Assembly (NCBI GenBank): GCA_951406725.2
Contig: OX597838.1
Span: 34,162,001 to 34,226,000 of the forward strand
DNA: 64,000 bases
Source of the DNA: Octopus vulgaris
Taxonomy: Eukaryota
Direction of reading: 5' to 3'
How positions within the stretch are numbered: position 1 is the first letter of the stretch; each line of letters opens with the position of its first letter. Of this stretch, positions 23,611 through 36,420 are shown piece by piece. The translations under genes and the position numbers were made by a program. Below the pieces are notes generated by a model. It ran no database searches and had not been told where the DNA came from. It worked only from the letters and a program-made list of their open reading frames with translations.

Positions 23611-24071
23611 AATATGTTCTTAACATATCTAGGCAGGTTCAAATGAAAAATATGCTGGTTGTTGAAGTGTACATCATACGAGAAAAACAGCAATGGATTC
23701 AACACGTTTGGCTCATTAACACACAGCATTCTGGGACACTGGTGTTTCCTGTGTCACTATCCAGAAGTAGCTAGAACAATTGTGTGTGTCTTTCTGTTTA
23801 CTGCACTGTAACTTGGCAGTTTGGCAAAAGAGATCGATAGCCTAAGTATCAGGCTTCGAAATAAGTACTAGGGTCGATTTATACGACAAAACCCTTCAAG
23901 GCAGCGACATAGCATGGCTGCTGTTCGAAAGATTGAAACTTGTAAACAGCAAAAAATAGTAAATATTAAATATCATTGTGTCGGATTGCTGGAATTGTTA
24001 GAGCGTTGAACAAAACTGCATCGCGGTTTTCATTTACGGCCCTCCATGTTTTGAGTTCAAATGCCACTGAT

Positions 24072-24462
24072 ACTCTTTACTCTTTTACTTGTTTCAGTCA
24101 TTTGACTGTGGCCATGCTGGAGCGCCGCCTTTAATCGAGCAACTCGACCCCGGGACTTATTCTTTTGTAAGCCCAGTACTTATTCTATCGATCTCTTTTG
24201 CCGAACCGCTAAGTAACGGGGACATAAACACACCAGCATCGGTTGTCAAGCAATGCTAGGGGGACAAACACAGACACACACGCATATATATATATACATA
24301 TATACGACGGGCTTCTTTCAGTTTCCGTCTACCAAATCCACTCACAAGGCTTTGGTCGGCCCAAGGCTACAGTAGAAGACACTTGCCCAAGCTGCCACGC
24401 AGTGGGACTGAACCCGGAACCATGTGGTTGGTAATCAAGCTACTTACCACACAGCCACTCCT
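24072..24462 (-). mobile_element. SINE family A, full length
   Basis: Homology to other A copies. Confidence 0.9.
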
Positions 24463-24686
24463 GATGTCAACTTTTCATTATTCCAGTGTCAATAATTCTG
24501 TCTATACCCCCACCCCTACCGCAATTATAGCTTTGCGCCCATATACGACTTAAACATGCAGCTTATCTCAAGTGAAGTACAGCTGCACTCGATTTAATCG
24601 ACTGTCCCACCTTTTGAATTTCTGACCTTGTACCTCTGCTAGAAATTATTATTAATGATCCTGTGTTATATATTGTATTTGAGTAT

Positions 24687-24949
24687 AGGCGTAGGAGTGG
24701 CTGTGTGGGTAGTAGCTTGTTTACCAACCACATGGTTCCGAGTTCAGTCCCACTGCGTGGCATCTTGGGCAAGTGTCTTCTACTATAGCCTCAGGTCGAC
24801 CAAAGCCTTGTGAGTGGATCTGAAAGAGGGAAACTGAAAGAAGTCCGTCGTATATATGCGTATATATATATATGCGTATATATATATATATGCGTATATA
24901 TATATATATATGCGTATATATATATATATGCGTATATATATATATATGC

Positions 24950-24990
<41 letters not shown>

Positions 24991-25045
24991 TATATATATA
25001 TATATGCGTATATATATATATATATGCGTATATATATATATATGC

Positions 25046-25109
<64 letters not shown>

Positions 25110-25300
25110 TTGTCCCCCCAGCATAGCTTGACAACCGATGCTGGTGTGTTTACGTCACCGTAACTTAGCGGCTCGGCACAGAGACCGATAGAATAAGTAC
25201 TAGGCTTGCAAAGAATAAGTCGTGGGGTCGATTTGCTCGACTAAAGGCGGTGCTCCAGCATGGCCACAGTCAAATGTCTGAAACAAGTAAAAAGAGTAAG
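24687..25300 (+). mobile_element. SINE family A with expanded internal (TA)nTGCG array
   Basis: Head and tail intact; ~260-bp internal microsatellite at 24850-25110. Confidence 0.9.
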
Positions 25301-26465
25301 TGAGCCGTCCCGATTCCGTATTATTCATTCACTCCTCGACTCTTACAACTTTAGCGACAGCACAGTAGAGAGGCAAAGTCGACCTCAGGGGAATATCTGA
25401 ACTCAAAAATAATTCTTTCTACTGAAAATTTGGAGGAGGGACAATCGATTATATCGACCTCAATACTTGACAGGTCCTTAGTTCATCAACCCCGAAAGAA
25501 TGGAAAGGAAAGACAACTTCGATATAATTTGAACTGAGAGCGTAAAATGCCACAAGAAATGCTGCTAAGCTTTTCGTACAGCATAACTAAGATTCTGCCA
25601 GCTTGCCGCCTTGTTAATTTAATAATTCATATCTTAGATGAAAAAAAAAATGTCATTAATTCAGCTAATTGAAGTTTGGCTGTGATTTTCTTCCTGGCTT
25701 CAATTCTTGTCTCCAAAGATTGGTTTTGCAGACATCTCACAATTGATGTTGTATAGCCAGCCCTAAGGCAGCTCCAATCGAGCAGTTAGTATCTTCTATG
25801 ATCAAAGACGTTCCAACTGTGACCATACTATATTTATATTTTGAAATAATAGTTCCTGAGCAATACAAACCTCATCCAATGTATCCTTCCTCTCCACCCC
25901 CACTTTTGTTGTTGTTTTTTTTTGCTTTGAAAAACAGTTGCGCGTGAGTTAAAGAATAATTTGACTGCTATTTCTAGCAGATAAAACGACTCTGTTGCGG
26001 TTCCCTTGTTGATGTTAATTTGGTGCAGTAATTAAATGCACGATGGTAGTGGCTGGATCTCATTCAGAGCCAACATAAGGCTATGGGGAAGATGATGTTG
26101 ATGATGATGACATTAATTAAGGGAAAATAATTGACAAATATGACGGCAGGGCGAGAGAGCTAGGATCATACCAACGAACTGATATTTAACGAAACCACTA
26201 TCGCTGACAACCAATTGCCCCATTTAGTGTGTGTATGTATAAACACAGGTCAATGTATCTACGAATGTGTGTGTGTGTGTTGAGTTTATGAGTCATAATT
26301 CGGGATTTGGTGTTTCGATCCTCTGAGTAGTGACACGCACGGATTTTTAACGATTCATTGCTATTCAACCACTCCAATACTAAATATTCCGCGTTTTGCC
26401 AAATTGAAATTTTTGAATTTCTCTGTGAAATTGCTAATCCTTTATACGCACAGATCTACATACAA

Positions 26466-26469
26466 CATA

Positions 26470-26519
<50 letters not shown>

Positions 26520-26544
26520 TGATGCAATAAGGAAATTCTCAGCC

Positions 26545-26592
<48 letters not shown>

Positions 26593-26703
26593 ATATATAG
26601 GTGACGCAATGAGGAAATTCTCAGCCCACTATATATATATATGAATGTATGTATGTGTATACACATCTATGTATACAGACAATTACATAGAGTATATGAT
26701 GTG

Positions 26704-26736
<33 letters not shown>

Positions 26737-26945
26737 CATACATATATATATATATATAGTGTGTGTGTGTTTGTGTATGTATAAATAGTGTGTATACACA
26801 CACATACATATACACAGTTACACACACACAGACACATATATATATAGTGTGTTTGTGTATGTATAAATAGTGTGTATACACACGCATACATATACACAGT
26901 TACACACACACATATATATATGTATGTATATATAATATACATAGG
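26466..26945. repeat. (TA)/(TG)/(CA) microsatellite block with short duplicated spacers
   Basis: aggtga(t/c)gcaat(a/g)aggaaattctcagcccact twice (26517, 26598); gtgtttgtgtatgtataaatagtgtgtatacac twice. Confidence 0.85.
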
Positions 26946-28315
26946 GGCAGAGAGGGAGGAGGGTATTTACAGCGTGTTCAAATACTGGGAAAGACAACCA
27001 TTATGCTACTTATAGCTATCTATAAATCACTTTCATTTCATCAAAACTCGCCATAAATTCCCTGCAACTCTCCGCTGTTTTCCATAATTGCGTTGCCATA
27101 GTGTGTGTGTGTGTATAATGTGAGTATGTCTACTGTTGTGTGTGTCTGTGTCTATGTGTACTGGTGTGTGTGTGTATGTGTGTGGATATGTGTACTGCAG
27201 TATGTGTATGTGTGCGCCTTTGTCCGTCCGTCTGTATGTATGTATGCGCGCGGTTATGCTTATTTTCGCGCAAAATTTTTGAAGATGGACACTTTTACTC
27301 CATATCCACGTCTGACATTAAAAAAAACTTGTTCTTTCTTTCCAGATATTGTCGTTCACTATTTTAAGGTTTTATTTCCATAGCCAATTGTTCAAATCCA
27401 CCTGACTGTGGTTTTGTTTGTTTATTTTTTTGCCACTAACAACACGCTCCATATTTCCTTCTCCGTTTCCCCCATCATAATCTATTGTCTTTTATAATAA
27501 AAATACACTCAGTTACTAAGGTCCCGATTAACAAAAAATTAAACACAAGGCCCAAATACATACATATATATATATAGGCACGAACATTATATATATAATA
27601 TATATGATGTTGCATTTAATTTATCTTAGTAAAAATAGGAAAATATTTTTATCCATTAATAGTCGAATTTTTGTTAATGACCTACTTGCAGTTCTAATCA
27701 CTCTCCCCCCCTCTCTCTCTCTTTCTCTTTCATACACGCACCACGCGCGCGCGTGCATATATACACATCAACCGGGAGCTAATGAAGGAGCTGCTGTACA
27801 TGGTTATTCGACATTCTAGAAATAGCAGCCAAATCGCGCCCTTCCGTTTAAAAAAAAAAACACGCGTTGTGCAGTATAGCCTTTAGTTCTTTTGCACAGA
27901 AGAAAAAAAAAAAAAACGGGCTTAAGTCTTTCAATACGGGATGGGTATAAGTGGAGTGCCTTTGATCAGTTTTCTAAATCAAGATTTAACTGAGTTTCCA
28001 TGTGAACGTTCGTTCTGTTAAAAATAGTTGCCGAATCTAACCTCACTTTACTGTTTACGTCTTAAATTAAATAAAGAAAAAGGTCACTGATAATTCTTTG
28101 ACATACAATGTCCGAGAGTAAGTCATGGCTAGAATGTCTTCCTTAGTAAGTCTGTTTCGTCACAACTGACCTAGGGTTAAACAAATAAACTAAACATTGC
28201 TTTCTTAAGCAAATACACACGCACACGCACTCTGCCTGTCCGGCCGCGTCTTTCCAACCTTCTCTTTCTCTCTGTCCGGCCGCCTTTCCAACCCCCACCT
28301 CTGTGTGTGTGTGTG

Positions 28316-28389
<74 letters not shown>

Positions 28390-30045
28390 CACATAATACA
28401 AAGATTCGCTCCACTAATAAGTTGCACGAGAACCAAAGCTATGAATAAACCCTTTCGTCTTATATAAGGCAAAAAAAAAAGGAAAAAAATTAGATAATGC
28501 AGTCTGCTTAAAAATTGGGATGGTCACGGAATATTTTTGATCAAAGTTGATTGCTATCCTTAGTAGGTCAAGCGACCATAGAGACGACATCTTGGTGGGA
28601 CACTCTCTTGCAATGGCCTCTCTTCGTCGGTGACCTTACACAAACGATCCAGCGAGAGAACCTCTGTACAGTCGCTCGATCGCCTAGAAATAGCAATGAA
28701 AATTTTCTCGCAACATCCCTGCTGTTTTAAAGGACACCGTCGGTAATTACCGTCCCATGGACAAAAATTACCGAGAAAAAAAAAACGAGCTAGTTACAGC
28801 TGAAACGATTATACGACTGTTCCGGGACGACCTTGAACTGAAACAAACAGCCTTGCACAAAACGATGTCCTAAAAGCTAAGCTTCCTCTTGCAAAGTTTA
28901 AGCGTAACGATCAAAATAGAGTGCTCTCCACGTATCTGGGAGATCCCTAAACGACAAAACGTTGCCAAATTAGTGTTTAACATATCGTAGGTCGTGTGAC
29001 ATATTGGATTTAATTATGTTTCTAGGTCAACTAGAAGCCTAGATAGCGTTTGTTATGTATTTTGTGGCAGCCATTTTGAATTTCGGCTTTTCAAAATGGC
29101 GGCCATTTAGGTAGTTATGCCAATGTCGACATTAATTTGAGGATTCTCCATGCTCTGATTAATTTTTAAAACCATTGTTTCTTTAATCTGTAAAATATTT
29201 CACCGTAAAACATACTTTGTTGATCATTTCCAAATAACTTGATTGAATTTTTTTCTCATGGTATTTAATGCTAATTAAAAATGGCTAATTAAATAGCTAA
29301 TTACAAATGCCATTCTGCAGATCGAAAAGAACTCCTCGCTGACGCTTCTGGCTTCTGTATGGTCCTTTAGCCTGCTAGAAAGAACAGCTAATCCTCCTCA
29401 ACTCATTTTACAAGGGACAATTTGAAAAATGTACTACAAGGTTATCTGAACATAGGGAAAAAGGTGAGGTCATGATAGGAATAACTTTGATCATCAGGCT
29501 TGAATTGGGGTTAAATAACAACCACAAGGTCACATCTGTAGTCTTGTTGTTGTTGTTGTTGTACCAATACTACAACTGTTTCTATTCTTTTGTAGAGTTT
29601 TGTATATCATTAATAATTTAGCCAGGTTTGTAAATTGTATGCCATGTTTTGCATTCGATGCATTTCAATGCTAATGAGAGAACCTCTTTGTAGTTGGCTA
29701 ACATGCTAGAAATAGCAGCAAAATCTTCATCAAAACACACAACATTGTCTTCAAGCAAAAAACACTTTGGGTATGATTCTCATTTCTCTGCACCCCTTCC
29801 CCCACTGAGAAATGATAGAATGTGGGTGAAGAGAGGACCAAATACCTAACGGAAAGCAGCACCGTTCTAAAATTCACAGAATGTAACTCTAGAATACTGT
29901 TGATGGTCTTACTTTGTTCATGGTTTCACCTTGAATCCATTTATGATCTTTTTTTTTTTTTTCATCACTCTATATCTCAATTGTTAATATACAGCAGAGA
30001 GGCCATGGAAACAGGGAGTGGTGTCAAGTATAGTTCTGCATATTT

Positions 30046-30760
30046 CTCTTTTACTTGTTTCAGTCATTTGACTGCGGCCATGCTGGAGCATCACCTTTAG
30101 TCGAGCAAATCGACCCCAGGACTTATTCTTTGGAAGCCTAGTACTTATTCTATCAGTCTCTTTTGCCGAACTGCTAAGTTACAAGGACGTAAACACACCA
30201 GCATCGGTTGTCAAGCGATGTTGGGGGGACAAACACAGACACCCACATATATATATATATATATATATATATGACGGGCTTCTTTAAGTTTCCGTCTACC
30301 AAATCCACTCATAAGGCTTTGGTTGGCCCAAAGCTATAGTTGAAGACACTTGCCCAAGGTGCCACGCAGTGGGACTGAAGCCGGAACCATGTGGTTCGTA
30401 AGCAAGCTACTTACAACACAGCCACTCCTGCACCTATAAACCCTAACCTTAAACCTAAACCCTTATTCTATCGGTCTCTTTTGCTGAACCGCTAACTTAC
30501 AGGGACGTAACCACACCAGCATCGGTTGTCAAACGATGTTAGGGGGACAAACACAGACACACACATATATATATACATATATATGACGGGCTTCTTTCAT
30601 TTTCCATCTCCCAAATCCAAGTCTTTGGTTGGCCCAAGGCAATAGTAGAAGACACAAGGTGCCATGCAGTGGGACTGAACCCAGAACCATGTGGTTGGTA
30701 AGCAGGCTACTTACTACACAGCCACTCCTGCATCTATAAACCCTAAATCATAACCTTAAA
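30046..30760 (-). mobile_element. SINE family A plus tandem partial duplicate
   Basis: 30046-30436 is full length; 30464-30735 repeats its 5' two-thirds together with the flanking taaaccctaa. Confidence 0.85.
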
Positions 30761-31744
30761 CCCAAAATCAAATCAGGTACAGTGTAGCCTACAGGTACTG
30801 TGGTAGACTGTAACCCAAATATTCCTTGCCTTATATTTTTCGTTCAGGTATGCAATCGAATTTTGAAAAGAATATAAGTGTACTGCAAGTGAAAAAAGGC
30901 TGCACAGCATTGCTGTAGTGACAGTTAAAGGAGTAACAAGAATCAAACTTGAAATATTGGGTGTGTTTTTACACTTGTCTTGGGTTGATTCAAGGATTCT
31001 AGTTGGTCTTCAGTGAAAATTAGCTGAAAGAAGCTCTTTGGGTGAATTCTACTTGTAATTTACTGATTTAGTTGCAATACTCTGTAAAATGCACAACCAC
31101 ATGGTTGTGGGTTTAGTTGTAATACATGGCATCTTATGTTGGTTTGTTTATGTCCATGTCACTTAACTGCTCAGTAAAAGAGGCAGATACGAGTATCAAG
31201 CTTTGAAAAGTAAGTATTGGGGTTGATTCATTTGACCAAAGCCCTTCAAGGCTGTTCCCCAGCAAGGCTACAGTTCAATGACAAACAAGCAAAAGATAAA
31301 AGATATATATATATATATAACCCTCCTTCTTGGGCGTCCAATAATACTATATTTGTTCCACGTCCTTGCGTTGTGTTTTCTCTTTCTGTTTTTATGTTTG
31401 GATTAACTATATATATATATATATATACCTGAGTGAACACACAAATGTGAAACAAGGTGGAAAAAAGAGTACTCAAATACCAGTGGTAGTGCTTTAAAGT
31501 ATATATATATATATATATATATGAATCGCCATGATAGATCGTTAGCCACTACACATATTTTTTTCTCTTTTTTCTCTCCTTGTTTTTTCTGTGTCCCTTT
31601 CTGTAGAAGAGCGTAGGCTTGAAACCTAAAAGATATCTGTTTGTTTTGTACACCACCTGTCTTTCTCTTGTTTTTTTCGTAAACTCTCCCTATATATGCA
31701 TGATGGGCTTCTATCAATTTCCATCTACTAAATAGACTCACAGT

Positions 31745-31992
31745 GGAGGTTTGTGGCTTAGTGGTTAGAATGTCGGACTCATGATCCTAAGATTGTGGTT
31801 TCGATTCCTGGATCAGGCGGCATGTTGTGTTCTTGAGCAAAGCACTTCATTTCACATTGCTCCATTCCACTCAGCTGGCAAAAATGAGTAATCCTGCAAC
31901 AGATCATTGTCCCATCCAGGTGGGGAGTATATATGCCACTAAAACCGGGAAACCAACCCTTATGAGCCTGGCATGGCTCCAGAAGGAAACAT
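31745..31992 (+). mobile_element. tRNA-derived SINE with variant-3-like tail
   Basis: A/B boxes; tail gggaaaccaacccttatgagcctggcatggctcc; related copy at 54596-54830. Confidence 0.7.
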
Positions 31993-32101
31993 TTATTTTA
32001 TTATTGAAATAGTCACAAGGCTTTAGCTGTCTTAGGGTTGTGGTAGAAGACACTTGCCTCAGTTTTCCCATGTTTTTGCTTCATACTATGTTTATCTAGA
32101 C

Positions 32102-32302
32102 CAGTGCTTTTCAAACTTTTTGCTGAGGCGGAACCCCAAGGAAACATTCCACTGGCTCGAGAAACCCCTGTGCAATAATTTAATAGTCTTATGCACACAT
32201 ATCTGCATAGGAGAATTAAAAATTACTGCTGATTTTAGCAGTTTTGTAACTTCTTGCGGAACCCCTGGACTGTACTGGCGGAACCCTGGTTGAAAATCAC
32301 TG
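32102..32302. mobile_element. hAT (Charlie/Buster-type) MITE
   Basis: TIR CAGTG(C/A)TTTTCAA; perfect 8-bp TSD ATCTAGAC at 32094-32101 and 32303-32310. Confidence 0.9.
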
Positions 32303-32393
32303 ATCTAGACCATCATATTTTGTCACCATACAATACCTTACCTGATTGACAAGCATCACTGATTCTTAATTTTCACTTGTAAAAGAGAATTGG

Positions 32394-32620
32394 GGAGGCC
32401 CAATGGCCCAGTGGTTAGGGCAGCAGACCTGCATTTGTACGATCGCGTTTCGATTCCCAGACCAGGCGTTGTGTTTATTGAGTGAAAACATCTAAAGCTT
32501 CACGAGGCTCTGGCAGGGGTTGGTGGCGATCCCTGCTGTACTCTTTTGCCACAACTTTCTCTCACTCTTTCTTCTGTTGGCCTGCTCACTTAGCCAGCGG
32601 GGTGGCATCATTTGAAGGCT
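32394..32620 (+). mobile_element. SINE family D variant 1, 3'-truncated
   Basis: Matches 16807-17035. Confidence 0.8.
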
Positions 32621-32739
32621 TAGTTTAAGTGTCACACCTAGTTTCTTTAGCAACCACCAAACTATATGGTTCCCTAACAAAGGCCTTTTCCTTGTGAATG
32701 TGAAGAATAGTGGCTGGTCTTTAGCTTATCTATATATAT

Positions 32740-33350
32740 TCTTTTACTTTTTTCAGTCATGCTGGAGTACTACCCTTTAGTCAAATAAAATCGACATCAG
32801 AACTTATTGTTTGTAAGCCTAATACTTATTCTATCAGTCTCTTTTTGCTGAACCGCTAAATGACAGGGACATAGACACACCAGAATCGGTTGTCAAGCGA
32901 TGGTGGAGGGGACAAACACATACATACATATATATATATACGACAGGCTTCTTTCAGTTTCTGTCTACCAAATCCGCTCACAAGGCATTGGTCTACCTGA
33001 GGCTACAGCAGAAGACACTTGCCCAAGGTGCCACGCAGTAGGACTGAACCCAGAACCATGCGGTTGGGAAGCAAGCTTCTTACTGCCCTGCCACTCCTAC
33101 GCTCATAAATATGCACACACACACACACATATTTCTTTACTACCCACAAGGGGCTAAACATAGAGGGGACAAACAAGGACTAGTCGATTACATCGACCCC
33201 AGTGCGAAACTGGTACTTTATTTATCGACCTCGAAAGGATGAAAGGCATAGTTGACCTCGGCGGAATTTGAACTCAGAATATAACGACAGACGAAATACC
33301 GCTAAGCATTTCCCCCAGCGCGCTAACGCTTCTGCCAGCTCGCCACCTTA
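32740..33350 (-). mobile_element. Adjacent SINE A (32740-33103) and SINE B (33130-33350)
   Basis: Homology to family copies. Confidence 0.85.
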
Positions 33351-34161
33351 CATACATATATATGTCATCCCTGATCCACTGTAAGGGTATTTTTATGTGA
33401 TTGCTTTCACCTATATATATGATGTTGATGATATATGTAGCCATCACAAGAAGATACCCTTATGCTGGATCAGGGATGACTTTAGGCTAAACAAACATGT
33501 TAAGGAAGCCTCTACATCAACCATGGGCGATCCAGCAGCCTGCCATTCAGGTCTTGACATGGTTCATCAAAAATTACCTTGTATTTTCTTACTTGTGTGG
33601 CCTGCCTGATGACAAACCATGTCTCATGCAGCCCACTTCTCAAAAAAGGTTGCCTGTGCCTGCTCTATTTCAGTCTGCTTGAAATAGCCAGCAAATGTCC
33701 TTCAAATCATACCCTATCATCTTAAAAACTAAAGGGAAGGACACGTTTAATAATGTGACCCTAAATACCCCCAGTTTCAATAAAAGATGGTTGATAATAG
33801 CTGGAAATTTATTTCTATTTGATTATTTAGTTTTCTTGATCAGGATGTACATGTGTCTAAACAGCAGCAGCAAGTAAAGACAGGAAGGCTGTTTTGCTGA
33901 TGAAATCAGAACAAGACTGAAACAATATATGCAGTTGTCTCCCTTATCTGCTAGGCAAAGGATAAAAATGTTAAATCATTGACTAATATATTTTTTTTAC
34001 ATTACTATTTGTTTCTTGTTAAGCTTTTTAGTGTTTTATATCTTAAAGATATTATAAAACCAACTCAACTATTATTTTTCATGCAGATGATATCCCTGAT
34101 AGATTTCATCTTTAAACAATTCTATTTATCTACGTCTGCAAATGTACAGCTCTTGCAACTA

Positions 34162-34531
34162 TAGGCGCAGGAGTGGCTGTGTGGTAAGTAGCTTGCTTAC
34201 CAACCACATGGTTCCGGGTTCAGTCCCACTGCGTGGCACCTTGGGCAAGTGTCTTCTACCATAGTGGATTTGGTAGACGGAAACTGAAAGAAGCCCGTCG
34301 TGTTTATGTATATATATATATATGTGCGTGTTTGTCCCCCTAGCATTGCTTTACAACCGATGCTGGTGTGTTTACGTCCCCGTTACTTAGCGGTTCGGCA
34401 AAAGAGACCGATAGAATAAGTACTGGGCTTACAAAAAAGAATAAGACCCGGGGTCGAGTTGCTCGATTAAAGGCGTTGCTCCAGCATGGCCGCAGTCAAA
34501 TGACTGAAACAAGTAAAAGAGAGTAAAGAGT
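34162..34531 (+). mobile_element. SINE family A
   Basis: Homology to family copies. Confidence 0.9.
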
Positions 34532-34905
34532 ATTTCACCATTACTTTTATGAGTACAACGAAGGCTTATAGTTTGCTGATGGCGTCTGAATAATGTCGAA
34601 ACATCTTCTCACGTTATTTCTCAATCACAGCAGGCTGGTTCCTCTTTAACGGGCACGGCTTCTTTCAATCATCATCTGCTCAGAAAATCCCTTTATTACA
34701 AGCGAAGTAACTTAGCTTCCAAAATTCGCTCCAGTCGTTATTACCCCGGTACACCTACTTTCCTTGTTAGTTTTCTATATAATTAAACTCTTCGCCTGAC
34801 CAAAGCATTTTCATGTCTTAAACGTCCGTACTTATTTTCAGGCTTTTGGTTTAGCTCGTTTCATAAGTCTCAAGTTATTCTGATGGTTAAAAAAAAAAAA
34901 ATGAG

Positions 34906-35332
34906 GGCAATCTTTCGTCTCTAGTAGACCTTTCCGTCGATTTCCGTAATGAGAGCGAAAGAGACTAAGAGAAAGCGATTGTATGACGAGGGAAATTCTT
35001 TTGAAGTTACCGTGCATGGGAAGCATTGATGTACATGTGTGTGTGTTTGATGAGGTGTGGGAGACAGACAGTATGTTGTGTAAGTGAAGTGCTTCTGTTA
35101 GTGTGTGTGAAGAGACAGAGTAATGTGTGAAAGAAAGAGATAGAGTAATGTGTGAAAGAAAGAGATAACTGAAATTTTTTACTCGGTGTATGTGTATGTA
35201 TCTATGTGTGTGTGTATGTATGTGTATATGTATGTATATTACTTCAAAAGTTCCCGCAAGCCCATATGTAAAAAAAAAAAAAATTTTTTTACGGAAATCG
35301 ACGGAAAGGTCTACTAGAGACGAAAGATTGCC
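34906..35332. mobile_element. Merlin-superfamily-like MITE
   Basis: Perfect 44-bp TIRs starting GGCAA; perfect 8-bp TSD AAAATGAG (34898-34905, 35333-35340). Confidence 0.85.
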
Positions 35333-36084
35333 AAAATGAGAATGTGTACCATATATGATTATGGAGGCCAGGACAGGCAATATATTAGCTCTAACAATAA
35401 CTAAATATTTCAAAATATTTAGAGCAGAGTCCGTCGTGATCTTTGCCACTAAAAAAATTGACGTTCCTATTTTCACCTTGATTCTCAAACGTTATCTTTC
35501 AAAATATGTCTTGTTATAAAACCCCAGGTCAGAATGGAGTAGAACTCTGAACAAAGGTATTCCGCCAATGACTATCTCGTCTTCTTTTGTGTCCTTTTTA
35601 GATTGTAAAGAAGGTATGTGGAGGGAGATCTGACTAGTCGAGTAACTGAGTCACCATTTGTATGCATTTATTAGCGTCATAATCCTTCGCCGGCATATAT
35701 TACAGGTATTACACCCGTGCCCCCCACCGCAAAAAAAAAAAAACTAGAAAAAAACAACAAATAAACCAACAAAAAAACTGAATTGAAACAAAAGACACGT
35801 TTATTCCGCAGTTATCTAACCTGAATACTTATACACACACATACATACACGCTCACGCATACGTAAACACAATTGCGACTGACACAACGCGCACGCATAC
35901 GCAACTGCTCGCGCGCGCCCGCACTCAAGCACACGTAAACATAATTACAACTGCAACTGACAACACGCGCGCACACGCACACCCACCACTGGCAGCACGT
36001 TGAACAACACAGCGATGCGCAAACCCTTCCCTCTGCTATGATTTCCCATTTAGCAGCACACACATACATTTCAATATATATATA

Positions 36085-36381
36085 TATATACACACACACA
36101 CTCACGTATACATTATACACACGCACAGTTTATTTTAAGAACACTTCCTTTCTGCTGTCAAGTTGTCTCTCTTGTCCCGAATTATCCTTTCCCTCCGTGC
36201 AACATTGCTTATATTATACAGATATATGTATGTGTGTATATATATATACACTCACATATTTATATATACACACACTCACGTATACATACGCACATTTTAT
36301 TTTAAGAACACTTCCTTTCTTCTGTCAAGTTGTTTTTCTTGTCCCGAATTATCCTTTCCCTTCGTGCAACATTGCTTATAT

Positions 36382-36413
<32 letters not shown>

Positions 36414-36420
36414 CACACAT
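36085..36420 (+). repeat. Two-copy ~168-bp tandem duplication
   Basis: ttattttaagaacacttcctttct..gcaacattgcttatattata at 36129 and 36297. Confidence 0.9.

Noticed and set aside
30437-30765. ccctaa-like runs as an interstitial telomere
   Set aside because: Only 2-3 degenerate units, duplicated together with the SINE
34574-34605. ctgatggc..gaaac as a hammerhead
   Set aside because: Core and stems too degenerate to support
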